A DNA stretch of 42,225 nucleotides from an uncultured Dehalococcoidales bacterium. GTDB taxonomy: Bacteria > Chloroflexota > Dehalococcoidia > GIF9 > AB-539-J10. The stretch's first letter is position 1. Every line of letters starts with the position of its first letter. The DNA is taken from contig CAZKHH010000003.1 in NCBI GenBank assembly GCA_964552485.1, positions 1 through 42,225 of the forward strand, written 5' to 3'. This document shows positions 33,922 through 42,225 of this stretch, in pieces. Both the position numbers and the translations under genes were made by a program. Below the pieces are notes generated by a model, which saw only the letters and a program-made list of their open reading frames with translations, was not told where the DNA came from and did not search any database.

Positions 33922-35139
33922 CTAGTCCTGCAGCCGGTAGACCGTTTGAAACGAGCCGAACAGGTCGAGATACTGTTCCAGGTAGCGCGACAGCAAGAAC
34001 TTCTCCCGTACCGTCTCGCGCCCAGCCTCCCCGATCTGCCGCGCCATGTCACGGTCTCGCAGCAACTCCATGATGCGCCGGGCCGCCTCCTCCACCGAAG
34101 ACACGAGGAAGCCATTGGCTCCGTCCTCTATCTGCATTCTGATTCCGCCCGTGTTACCTCCGATTACCGGAGTACCTTTCCACATGGCTTCAGAGACCGT
34201 GAGGCCAAAGCCCTCGCGCAGTGACTTCTGAAGGACCACGGCCGCCGTGCGCTGAAGGGCATTGACGAGGGCTCCGTCCTGGACGCTCAAGATAATTATG
34301 TCATCACGCTGTTGACTGAGGAGTGCCTCGTACACCTCCGGTCCCTCGGGATCATCCGTAGCCACATTGCCAAGGAGAACGAGCCTGCACGGAATCTCCT
34401 CTTTCACGATGTTGAACGCATCTATGACGCCCTGCGGGTCCTTCCAGCGGTCAAAGCGGGATATCTGGGCGATCAGTGGCAGATCGGTGGGTATGTCATA
34501 GTGCCTGAGCCTGTCGGAAACGGCTGCATCGTCCATATCTTTGTTGACGATCGAGAAGGGATCGATGGCGGGCATAAAGAACCGCTGCGGGACCTGCAAC
34601 TCCTGCTTGTATTCGGTTGAACTGAGAATTACCGCATCGTACATCTCAATGTACGGTTTCAGAAACGACCACAGCTCCATGTTAGGCTCTCCGAGGTCAA
34701 TGTGACAGCGCCAGACCCACGGACCCGTCTTGCGATAATGCTGTATGAGCGGCAACGGTTGTGGATCGTGCACGATTACGAGATCGTGAGTAAGGTGATT
34801 GAGGACCGAGTTCTCGTAGATGACGTGCTCGAAAATCTCTATCTTGCGTTCAGTCCAATTGATTTCGTCGCCCTGAAGGGCGTTGTGCATCTTCTTCGTA
34901 ACGCTGAAGAAATCAGGCGGCCCATGAACGGTTCGCCATCCCGTCTCGATGCCAAGGCTGTTCATGAGAATGGCGAGGGAGGACAGGAGTTGTGAAACGC
35001 CACCCCCGTAGTACGTAGAGTTAATGTTTACGATGTGCATATCGCCGAGGGGCTTTGCCTTGCGCTTGATGCGCGATACGGACTCAGGCCCGATGAGTCG
35101 TTCGTAGTCGTCGATATCGATGATGCCATACCTGTTCAT
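33922..35139 (-). CDS. GT4 glycosyltransferase, trehalose synthase TreT-like
   Basis: IVNINSTYYGGGVSQLLSSLAILMNSLGIETGWRTVHGPPDFFSVTKKMHNALQG closely follows the TreT N-terminal pattern (...FFNVTKTFHNALQG) as I recall it. 405 aa. C-terminal GT-B motif EGFGLTVSEAMWKG. Confidence 0.7.
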   Translation of the reverse strand: MNRYGIIDIDDYERLIGPESVSRIKRKAKPLGDMHIVNINSTYYGGGVSQLLSSLAILMNSLGIETGWRTVHGPPDFFSVTKKMHNALQGDEINWTERKIEIFEHVIYENSVLNHLTHDLVIVHDPQPLPLIQHYRKTGPWVWRCHIDLGEPNMELWSFLKPYIEMYDAVILSSTEYKQELQVPQRFFMPAIDPFSIVNKDMDDAAVSDRLRHYDIPTDLPLIAQISRFDRWKDPQGVIDAFNIVKEEIPCRLVLLGNVATDDPEGPEVYEALLSQQRDDIIILSVQDGALVNALQRTAAVVLQKSLREGFGLTVSEAMWKGTPVIGGNTGGIRMQIEDGANGFLVSSVEEAARRIMELLRDRDMARQIGEAGRETVREKFLLSRYLEQYLDLFGSFQTVYRLQD

Positions 35140-36161
35140 TTGCCCTCCTTCATATCGGAGCCGATGCCTATTGCGCGCATATACCCGGCGCTATTCTCGG
35201 GAAGACTGGTGTTTATGTGGATACCGGAGCCTATCTCAAAACCTGCAACCGCTGTGAGTCGCGGGTAAATCCGGAGATGCCATGAGAAATACGGCTCGCA
35301 TTCGTCTCCCGCAGGGGCCGTGTAGACAACGTGATTGTAGTCAGGATTGTTGAGTCCGAGGTGTATGCGCCGCAACGCATCGCGCATCACGCCGGCAAAT
35401 TCTCTCAGCTCTTCATCGGGTACGGCTCCCAGTGATGAGCGCGGGATGCGCGGCAGTATCCATGTCTCGAAGGGCCGCCTCGATGCGTAGGGGTGTATCT
35501 CGACGAAGGACGGTGTCTCACGCACGACGCGCGTAGATTCCTGCAGTTCGAATTCAACAAGGTCTTCGTACAGATTACGTCCGTATTCATCGAAATGGCG
35601 GACCGCAACGTCGTAGCTGTGCCTGCGATGCCACGGCACAACGGGCGTCGCAACGATTTGTGAATGCGGATGCTCCAAGGACGTTCCTGCACTCGGACCG
35701 TGGTTCTTAAAGATAATCACCTGGCGCACAGTCGGAATAGTGCTCAATTCAACAAGGCGGTCGCGATAGGCCCGAACCACCGTCCACGCTTCGAAATCGT
35801 TCATCATCCCAAGGTACTGATTATGCCTGGGAGTCTCGATCACGACTTCGTGAGCCCCGACCGCATCAAGGGCCAGAGCAAGCGGGTGTTCCTGTCGCCG
35901 GCTTACGCCACCATCCCGCATCATGGCCGGGTACTTGTTATCGATAACGCGGACTTGCCACGCTTCCGTAGCAGGATCCAGGTACACGGCTCGCTCGGTC
36001 GTAGTCTGACCCTCATTCCCCGGACAGAATGGACAAGTCTGCGAGTAACCGGGGACCGGCGGGCGTTCCCCAAGGGCCGCGAAATCATCCGGGCGACGCG
36101 CCCGTTCGGTTGATATTACAACCCATTCCCTCGTGGTGAAGTCGAGTCTCAGTTCCGACAT
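35136..36161 (-). CDS. GalT-like HIT-superfamily hexose-1-phosphate nucleotidyltransferase
   Basis: CPFCPGNE zinc motif and HPHSQI (HxHxQ) active site. N-terminus MSELRLDFTTREWVVISTERARRP from ATG 36161 (track start GTG 36182). The stop overlaps the TreT-like start by 4 nt. Confidence 0.8.
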   Translation of the reverse strand: MSELRLDFTTREWVVISTERARRPDDFAALGERPPVPGYSQTCPFCPGNEGQTTTERAVYLDPATEAWQVRVIDNKYPAMMRDGGVSRRQEHPLALALDAVGAHEVVIETPRHNQYLGMMNDFEAWTVVRAYRDRLVELSTIPTVRQVIIFKNHGPSAGTSLEHPHSQIVATPVVPWHRRHSYDVAVRHFDEYGRNLYEDLVEFELQESTRVVRETPSFVEIHPYASRRPFETWILPRIPRSSLGAVPDEELREFAGVMRDALRRIHLGLNNPDYNHVVYTAPAGDECEPYFSWHLRIYPRLTAVAGFEIGSGIHINTSLPENSAGYMRAIGIGSDMKEGK

Positions 36162-36328
36162 CGTCCCACCGTCAGCATCCACCTGGCTCTCCGCATGAGA
36201 GACAGCTTACCCGACCTCATTCATTCTACTCAAGTGAGCCTGCATCCCTGCTTCCTTCGAGGCAAGTGGACAGTGTCGCCTCACAATGCTGTTTCAGGCA
36301 GCCATGTTCATAGGCTACAATTCCCGCG

Positions 36329-37072
36329 ATGTCACGCTTCACCCTCTCCACTCTTGTCTTCATCGGTGCGGTAATCCTTACGGCGGCGCTCGCCGCCCTG
36401 ATGGCGTTTTTGCCCCAGGGTGAACTGGCAATTCCGGCGGACAGCCAGGTTCCGGCTCCAACAGCGGCGGCTATCAACGCAGGAGTCGTACTGGTCCTTT
36501 ACGGTGGACTGGGCTGGTTCGGACTCACACGTGCGCGTCGTCTCGATTATCCGGATGTATGGGACCCTTTCATCAATAAACACGAACGCTTCGTCAATCC
36601 GGCCGTAGTGGGTCTCTGGTTGGGCCTGCTGTTCATCGTTGCCGACAACATATTCTCGCGGTTCCACAGTCTCGGCGGATTCCCGCATCCGCCGTTTCCA
36701 ACTTCACTGGTCGCTTCCTTTCAAGCCGGCCTGGGAGAAGAGATGATGTTCAGGCTCTTCTTCATACCGGTAGTAGTCTGGTTCATCTCGCGAATCATGC
36801 TGAAGGGCGAGCAACAGAACGCCGTCTTCTGGGTGGCGGCCATATTCTCCGGCATCTTTTTCGCGGCAGCCCACATCCCAACCGTTATGCTCCTCCTGGA
36901 CCGCCCGTTCGACGCCATCCCCACGGCGATACTCGCCGAGGTGTTTTTGCTCAACGGAACGCTCTCGCTGGTCGCAGCGTACTTCTTCAAACGCGCGGGT
37001 TTTCTCGCTGCGGTTACGGTTCACGCCTCTGCGGATATCGTCTGGCACGTCATCTGGGGCCTGATGAGGTGA
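36329..37072 (+). CDS. CPBP family intramembrane glutamic endopeptidase (CAAX protease-like)
   Basis: GLGEEMMFRLFF (EExxxR) and FFAAAHIP (FxxxH) motifs in a multi-TM protein. No SD; TACAAT lies 7 nt upstream of the ATG. Confidence 0.85.
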   Translation: MSRFTLSTLVFIGAVILTAALAALMAFLPQGELAIPADSQVPAPTAAAINAGVVLVLYGGLGWFGLTRARRLDYPDVWDPFINKHERFVNPAVVGLWLGLLFIVADNIFSRFHSLGGFPHPPFPTSLVASFQAGLGEEMMFRLFFIPVVVWFISRIMLKGEQQNAVFWVAAIFSGIFFAAAHIPTVMLLLDRPFDAIPTAILAEVFLLNGTLSLVAAYFFKRAGFLAAVTVHASADIVWHVIWGLMR

Positions 37073-37075
37073 CCG

Positions 37076-37819
37076 CTAGAAGCGGTCTTTGAGGCGGCGT
37101 AACGCCGCAAACGTCTCGGCATCACCGGCGTCCGGCATTCTCAGTGCCCGTTTCATCTCCTGCGTCGAGGCACGGAGAAACGGGTTAGTCTCCAGCTCCT
37201 GTCCGATAGTGGAGGGTACGGTCGACCCTCCTGATTCCACCACGGAGCGTATCTCTTCCAGCCGGCGCTTCACTTCCGGATTGTCCGGTTCAATCGTGAC
37301 AGCGAACTCGTAATCCTCGAGCGAGTAATCATGACCGCAATAGACACGCGTCTCAGAGGGTAGTCCTGCGAGGAGCTGAAGCGACGACCACATCGCCTCC
37401 GGCGAGCGGGTAAAGACGCGACCACATCCGCCCACAAAGAGCGTGTCTCCTGTGAACACTGCTCCCGGATCTTTGCCCACGCCAGGGAGGTAATAGCAGA
37501 CGGACTCAGCGGAATGCCCGGGTGTCCGGAACACGTTGAAAGTGAACGGCCCCACTTCGAAAAGGGAGTCCGCACCGGAAGCCCCCTGCACCACACCAAC
37601 TACCTCGCAACCGGTACGGCGTGCCAGTTCGTCGGCACCTCCCATGTGATCGAAGTGAGCGTGCGTAGCGAGAATCGCTGTGAGGCTCAACGAGCGTTCG
37701 TCAAGACGCCTGAGAACCGGGGACGCCTCTCCCGGGTCTATCACAACGGCCGAAGCGCCGTCGTCCAAGACGTACGTGAAGTTGTCCGCAAGTGTCGCTA
37801 TCGGCGTTACGCTGTACAC
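37076..37819 (-). CDS. gloB: Hydroxyacylglutathione hydrolase (glyoxalase II, MBL fold)
   Basis: DNFTYVLDDGASAVVIDPGE...ILATHAHFDHMGG...TPGHSAESVCYY...LFVGGCGR. Confidence 0.85.
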   Translation of the reverse strand: MYSVTPIATLADNFTYVLDDGASAVVIDPGEASPVLRRLDERSLSLTAILATHAHFDHMGGADELARRTGCEVVGVVQGASGADSLFEVGPFTFNVFRTPGHSAESVCYYLPGVGKDPGAVFTGDTLFVGGCGRVFTRSPEAMWSSLQLLAGLPSETRVYCGHDYSLEDYEFAVTIEPDNPEVKRRLEEIRSVVESGGSTVPSTIGQELETNPFLRASTQEMKRALRMPDAGDAETFAALRRLKDRF

Positions 37820-37843
37820 ATCACCTCCTGCACAGGGGTTCGT

Positions 37844-38944
37844 TCATTGCAGAGACCGGGCCAATTCAAGATAGAGCCGCGCAGCCGTCTCAACCTCGAG
37901 GAAGGGAACAGCCTCGTCCTCGCTGTGCGCGAGCTCCAACCTGCCGGGGCCAAGGATTACAGGATCGATGCCGGCAGCCCACAGAACGTTCGCATCAGAG
38001 TGACTCCGGAATTGCTGCGGCTGCCACTCGAGGCCAGCTGAGGCGTATACATTCCTCAAGTTGCTGACGAAGAGCCGTTCCGTTGATATCTCGTATCCGG
38101 CATAGGTATCCTCGAACCTCATGAAGAGGTCAAGGTCAGGCCGTTCCTTCATGGCTCCTGCCACAAGCCGCTCCAGGCCGGCCTTGAGACTGTCAACGCG
38201 CATATCCGGGGGCAGATGGAAATCGAGCCATGCTTCGCACAGGTCCGGCACGACAAAACCCGAGGGAAGCGCCGATAGCTCACGGATGTTGTATACAAGC
38301 CGACTCCCTTCGCTGGTGGAATAGTCGGTAATTGCGAGGAGCAGCTTGAGCATGGCCTCTATTGCGTTGTGGCCGACCTCAGGCACCGCGGAGTGCGCCC
38401 GTTTGCCTTTCGCACGCAGGAAGACCTCAAGATAGCCGTAATGTCCAAGGCACGGAGCCAATGCGGTAGGCTCGCCGACTATGGCCCAGGGGAAATGGTA
38501 CTCACCAATGAGAGCGCGAGCACCAGCGTTGTCTTCCTCTTCGTCCACGACCAGCGCAAGCGCCACCGGCGGCACCGCTCCTCCCTCCTCATACAGGACG
38601 GTGCACGCTTCAATCATCGCTGCACAACCCGATTTCATATCGACAGTACCAAGTCCATGCACCATTTCCTCATCGGTCATCTCAAAACCGTAGTTGTCAA
38701 GGTCATAGGCGGCGACAGTGTCGACATGACCGACGAGGCACAGGTCAGCGCCGTCGGCATTCCCCGGAAGGACAAGGAGGTTTGATCGCAGGTCATCAAC
38801 AGGCTGCATGACCACCGGTATTCCATGCGAACGAAGGTGCTCTGCCACAAACGTTATGACTTCGTCTTCCTTGCCTGAAGGACTGTAGATGTCGACCATG
38901 TCGTGCAACAGCTGCAGCAAACGATCGCGGTTGATGTTCTTCAT
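37844..38944 (-). CDS. M20 family metallopeptidase (ArgE/DapE-like)
   Basis: LLQLLHDMVDIYSPSGKEDEVITFV...LVGHVDTV...DMKSG...VVDEEEDNAGA. Confidence 0.85.
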   Translation of the reverse strand: MKNINRDRLLQLLHDMVDIYSPSGKEDEVITFVAEHLRSHGIPVVMQPVDDLRSNLLVLPGNADGADLCLVGHVDTVAAYDLDNYGFEMTDEEMVHGLGTVDMKSGCAAMIEACTVLYEEGGAVPPVALALVVDEEEDNAGARALIGEYHFPWAIVGEPTALAPCLGHYGYLEVFLRAKGKRAHSAVPEVGHNAIEAMLKLLLAITDYSTSEGSRLVYNIRELSALPSGFVVPDLCEAWLDFHLPPDMRVDSLKAGLERLVAGAMKERPDLDLFMRFEDTYAGYEISTERLFVSNLRNVYASAGLEWQPQQFRSHSDANVLWAAGIDPVILGPGRLELAHSEDEAVPFLEVETAARLYLELARSLQ

Positions 38945-38950
38945 AATGAC

Positions 38951-39553
38951 CTACGCTGTATCGTCAGTGATTCTATACTTAGACTGAAGACCGGAGGGCG
39001 CGTCCTGCGACACTCGGCGCGCTTTCTTGCGATTCGTCTTCTTTTCCGGTGGCTCCTGCCCCTCCCGTCCGTCTTCTTTGCGAAGTGTCTTGGTTAACCA
39101 GACATGGCGGCCTGACGTGTTGAAGCCGAGATCGCGGAAGAAGCCTATTGCGTTCTCGTTCTCGACAACTGTATCGGCTATCATCATTCGGACACCGTCC
39201 TCGCGGAAGGCATCTTCAAGCCGACGATAGAGACGTGAACCGACGTGAAGACCTTGCACATCAGGGGATACGCCTATCCAGTTGACATAGCCATAGCGCT
39301 TCCACGCGGTGCCTTCCTTCTCAAAGGTGGTGGCGAGGGCGAATCCGACTACGCGGTCATCCGATTCCGCAACGAAACAGTACTCGGAGTCGGAAGTAAA
39401 GAGGCCGCTCACCTCGTACGGGTCCCACGTACGATACAGAATAGGGTATTCTTCACTCGTGAACAGCTCTTCTCCGAGACGATACACAGCGCTCAGATCA
39501 TCGATCTCCAGCCGGCGTATGATGACCTCCGGTCGTTTCGACACTGATGCCAT
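38951..39553 (-). CDS. GNAT family N-acetyltransferase
   Basis: IRRLEIDDLSAVYRLGEELF...VGFALAT...WIGVSPDVQGLHVGSRLYRRLE is GNAT motif A. ATG 39553 is preceded by GGGAG. Confidence 0.8.
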   Translation of the reverse strand: MASVSKRPEVIIRRLEIDDLSAVYRLGEELFTSEEYPILYRTWDPYEVSGLFTSDSEYCFVAESDDRVVGFALATTFEKEGTAWKRYGYVNWIGVSPDVQGLHVGSRLYRRLEDAFREDGVRMMIADTVVENENAIGFFRDLGFNTSGRHVWLTKTLRKEDGREGQEPPEKKTNRKKARRVSQDAPSGLQSKYRITDDTA

Positions 39554-39610
39554 ACTGTCTTCTCCCACATTTACGATGCGTTTACCTGCATTCACCCGCG
39601 AGTATACAAT

Positions 39611-40132
39611 ATGCGCGGTTTGCCAGTGAGATTTAAGTCAATCATGCAGCGAGCGTGGCACCAGGTCCGTCGATTCACAGCGCGGTGGACAGACACAAGC
39701 TTCCCGGGCTGGTTTCCCGTTGGTCCCTTCACGCGTTTTTACTTGGTCGCACTTGTGCTTGGCATACCTGGCGCCGGCGTTCTCTATGCGCTCGTCGAAA
39801 CAGCCGGTATTCACTACCTTTTGGCCGGTGCCATCAACTGCCTCGCGATGACGGTGCTGTCCTATCTGCTCAATTCCGTGTTCACATTCGGGTGCTTCGT
39901 GGGCACGCGCGGTTTCTTGCGCTTCCTGACATCCCGCCTGGGTTCTATCATGGTTGGCATGTCTCTCTACATGGTGCTTACCACGGTGTTCGGAATGTGG
40001 TACCTCGGCGCCTCGTTGTTTTCGGCCGCGCTCGGCAATGCCCTCAATTTCGCCATTTCGTATTTTTGGGTGTGGCGCCACAGGACTCACCGTGCCAAGC
40101 TCCTAACAGCAACTGTCCAAGGGCAGCCGTAG
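39611..40132 (+). CDS. GtrA-like membrane protein
   Basis: FTRFYLVALVLGIPGAGVLYALVE...GNALNFAISYFWVWR is the GtrA family pattern. The start may be ATG 39611 or ATG 39644. Confidence 0.7.
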   Translation: MRGLPVRFKSIMQRAWHQVRRFTARWTDTSFPGWFPVGPFTRFYLVALVLGIPGAGVLYALVETAGIHYLLAGAINCLAMTVLSYLLNSVFTFGCFVGTRGFLRFLTSRLGSIMVGMSLYMVLTTVFGMWYLGASLFSAALGNALNFAISYFWVWRHRTHRAKLLTATVQGQP

Positions 40133-40249
40133 GACCGACAAGGGGGGCGGATACCCCTGTGTTACCGGCAGCATTGGACTGGCAGCATTGCTCGTTGGAC
40201 TGGTGATGCTTCACCAGAACCGCTCTTCACGATGGTCCGTCCTCCTCCT

Positions 40250-40279
40250 TTGACTTCGCTCGGTCTGCCCATCTATACT
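40250..40279 (+). promoter_or_regulatory. Putative sigma70-like promoter for uspA-flavodoxin
   Basis: TTGACT (40250-40255), N18, TATACT (40274-40279), about 95 nt upstream of ATG 40374. Confidence 0.45.
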
Positions 40280-40373
40280 CGCATCCGAACTCCACTACGC
40301 GGCCGGGCCGGCAGGCTCAGACCGCGTCCAGCACAGTACATCAAGAGAGTGAAGAAGTAAGGGAGGACAATAG

Positions 40374-40829
40374 ATGTACCAGAAGATACTGGTTCCCCTG
40401 GACGGCTCCAAGCAATCCGAGTGCATAATCGACCATGTAGCGATGCTGGCCAAATCATGCGGCGTGTCTGGAATCGTGCTGCTCAGAGTGCTTGAACCAT
40501 GGGCACATGCTGCGGCGGCCACGTACCTCGGTGAAGAGACAATACGAAATGCGGAGGAGGGTGAGCGCAGGGCAGCCGAAGAGTATCTGTCTTACGTTTC
40601 GGACCCCCTGAGGACGCACTGCGGCGGTTTGGAGACCGCAGTAGTCCAGGGCAGAGCCGCGGAGGCGATTCTGAATTACGCTGAGAAGAACGGCGTTGAT
40701 CTCATAGCCATGAGCACACACGGTGCCTCGGGACCTACCCGCTGGGCCATGGGCAGCGTGACACAGAAAGTCATGTCGCAAGCCCGTGTTCCTCTGTTGA
40801 CAGTAACGCCATCGAGCTGCCGCCCCTGA
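40374..40829 (+). CDS. Universal stress protein (UspA family)
   Basis: MYQKILVPLDGSKQSE...DLIAMSTHGASGPTRWAMGSVTQKVMSQARVPLLTV. SD AAGGGAGG. The stop overlaps the next start (TGATG). Confidence 0.9.
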   Translation: MYQKILVPLDGSKQSECIIDHVAMLAKSCGVSGIVLLRVLEPWAHAAAATYLGEETIRNAEEGERRAAEEYLSYVSDPLRTHCGGLETAVVQGRAAEAILNYAEKNGVDLIAMSTHGASGPTRWAMGSVTQKVMSQARVPLLTVTPSSCRP

Positions 40830-41335
40830 TGGGCGCCGATTGTATAGTCGTCTATGCCTCCGTGCATCACGGCAACACGTGCGTGGTGGCGGAGGCAATG
40901 GCCGAAGAGATTGGTGCTGCTGCAATAGAGGTCGGACCTGGGGCACTTGACCAGGTTGACGGCACGGGGCTGGTGGGACTAGGGTCCGGTGCTTTCTTTG
41001 GTTCGCACCATAAGTCACTGCTGTCATTCACCAGCCAACTGCCCTCAGAAACTCATATGAAGGCCTTCATCTTCTCTACGAGTGGGACAGGACGGCGACT
41101 GGCAAAGCTATTCGGCCGTGATTATCACAAGAGGCTGCGCCGAATCCTGCAGAACAAGGGCATTCCGGTGCTGGGTGAATTCGACTGCAAAGGCTTCGAC
41201 ACCTACGGCATATGGGGACGCTTCGGGGGCGTGGCAAAGGGTCATCCCAAAGAAGAAGAAATACGGGATGCCCGGACGTTCGCCCGGGACATCTACCAGC
41301 GGTACAAGAGTGAAAAGGTATCACACCGAAGCTGA
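40829..41335 (+). CDS. Flavodoxin-family protein
   Basis: CIVVYASVHHGNTCVVAEAMAEEIGA is a flavodoxin-like N-terminus. 168 aa. Confidence 0.7.
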   Translation: MGADCIVVYASVHHGNTCVVAEAMAEEIGAAAIEVGPGALDQVDGTGLVGLGSGAFFGSHHKSLLSFTSQLPSETHMKAFIFSTSGTGRRLAKLFGRDYHKRLRRILQNKGIPVLGEFDCKGFDTYGIWGRFGGVAKGHPKEEEIRDARTFARDIYQRYKSEKVSHRS

Positions 41336-41833
41336 GGACACTTGTGACGCGAACTCCGACACACGTATGTCCACATCGTTCTCTCTGATCTCAGCCACGG
41401 GAACGGGCATGACAGCGACCGGCTCTTTGCGCGCCAGCTTCTTCATCTGATCGAATACGTGTCCCTTTTCCGGGCTCTCGGCAGTACAGAAGAACGCGAC
41501 GGCATTCAGGCGTTCACGGTGTCTCTTCAAGTAGCTCCGGACCGCCGGGGCGATGCCGCCAGCCCATACGGGGCTGCCAACAATCACGAGATCGTAACCC
41601 GAGGGATCATGTCGCGGATCCTCAATCTGAGATGACAGTCGCAGAAACCCTCCCATGGCAGCCTTCATGACGCTCAAGCCCTCGGGTTTCTCACCTTCCT
41701 TGGGCACTCGAAGCAACGGGCGTGACTTACGCTCGCGAATCTCCTCAAGGTCTGCGTCCAAATACGCAGCAAGGGTTTGTGCAACAGTTCTCGTATTCCC
41801 TGAGTTGGAGAAGTACACAACAAGAGTCTTCAA
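41321..41833 (-). CDS. Flavodoxin-family protein
   Basis: (M)KTLVVYFSNSGNTRTVAQTLAAYLDA...LVIVGSPVWAGG. TTG 41833 lies 6 nt after AAGGAGG; the track start is GTG 41884. Its 3' end overlaps the convergent flavodoxin gene by 15 nt. Confidence 0.75.
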   Translation of the reverse strand: MKTLVVYFSNSGNTRTVAQTLAAYLDADLEEIRERKSRPLLRVPKEGEKPEGLSVMKAAMGGFLRLSSQIEDPRHDPSGYDLVIVGSPVWAGGIAPAVRSYLKRHRERLNAVAFFCTAESPEKGHVFDQMKKLARKEPVAVMPVPVAEIRENDVDIRVSEFASQVSSASV

Positions 41834-41971
41834 CAATCGCCTCCTTGTCCAACACGGCTCCAAGAACGGAGCCACGCCTCGCACCTGCTGAACGCCTCAT
41901 GCTACAGCAATACCAGAGGCGCGGGAAGCCGGGCGTCAAGCGCGAACTCCAGCCAACAACGGGATATGCTG

Positions 41972-42000
41972 TTGACAGTCTGACAGTACAGGACTATTCT
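41972..42000 (+). promoter_or_regulatory. Putative sigma70-like promoter for the desulforedoxin gene
   Basis: TTGACA (41972-41977), N17, TATTCT (41995-42000). The spacer contains the direct repeat GACAGT-CT-GACAGT. Confidence 0.5.
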
Positions 42001-42058
42001 CACCAACTGCCGGATGTAGGACAAGGAAAGCCCGGTTTGGCAAACAAGGAGGTCTGCA

Positions 42059-42184
42059 ATGGCAGTCAAGTCGGTTGGTGAGCACTACCGCTGCAATGTC
42101 TGTGGCAATGAGGTGACGGTTACGGCAGCAGGAGGAGGCACCCTCGTGTGTTGCGGAGAAGACATGGAACTGCTTGAGGAGTGA
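42059..42184 (+). CDS. Desulforedoxin (stand-alone Dx, rubredoxin-type FeCys4 protein)
   Basis: 41-aa ORF below the track cutoff: [41 protein letters not shown]. It matches the Dx pattern Y.C..CG..V.V...[19 protein letters not shown] lies 6 nt upstream of the ATG, and the TGA stop is at 42182-42184. Confidence 0.85.
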   Translation: MAVKSVGEHYRCNVCGNEVTVTAAGGGTLVCCGEDMELLEE

Positions 42185-42225
42185 CGGCGCAGCAGCCGCA
42201 CGGCAGACTTGTGGACCCGCAGCAC

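Noticed and set aside
1-42225. Search for CRISPR arrays, IS elements, integrases, prophage genes, toxin-antitoxin pairs, rRNA and tRNA
   Set aside because: I saw no regularly spaced direct repeats, no transposase, integrase or recombinase-like ORFs, and no terminal inverted repeats. The only repeats are in-frame coding domain repeats and paralogous genes (DUF362 x2, UspA x2, flavodoxin x2, GNAT x3).

Overview
A GC-rich, densely coding bacterial chromosomal segment of 42.2 kb with about 46 protein genes. Most sit in short operons with 4-nt ATGA overlaps, strong AGGAGG-type Shine-Dalgarno sites and several near-consensus sigma70-like promoters. I found no rRNA, tRNA, CRISPR array, transposase, integrase or phage genes, so this looks like core or ordinary chromosome rather than a mobile island. 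Gene content (desulforedoxin, two flavodoxin-like proteins, two UspA, Fe-alcohol dehydrogenase, OYE flavoreductase, TreT-like synthase, DegV/PlsX) suggests an anaerobic or microaerophilic bacterium; the lineage cannot be determined from sequence alone. The most unusual locus is a LexA-headed SOS mutagenesis operon on the minus strand (23597-29350): lexA, then a catalytically dead Y-family ImuB core, then a separately encoded 85-aa ImuB-C-terminus-like protein, then dnaE2, then a MazG-type NTP pyrophosphohydrolase. No ImuA/ImuA' gene is present, and a non-canonical palindrome overlaps the lexA -10 box. Other points of interest: two paralogous DUF362 proteins with a shared Cys-rich C-terminal module, set among YjbQ, phosphoesterase, MBL and phosphotriesterase-family genes; a methyltransferase / formyltransferase / CelD-like / GNAT modification cluster; a translationally coupled GalT-like/TreT-like pair; an ArsR / small membrane protein / YbjQ module; three secreted or anchored multi-Ig/PKD proteins; and a 41-aa desulforedoxin gene that the 60-aa ORF track misses. 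All coordinates were anchored to the ORF track. Function calls rest on motifs I recognise by eye, not on database searches.
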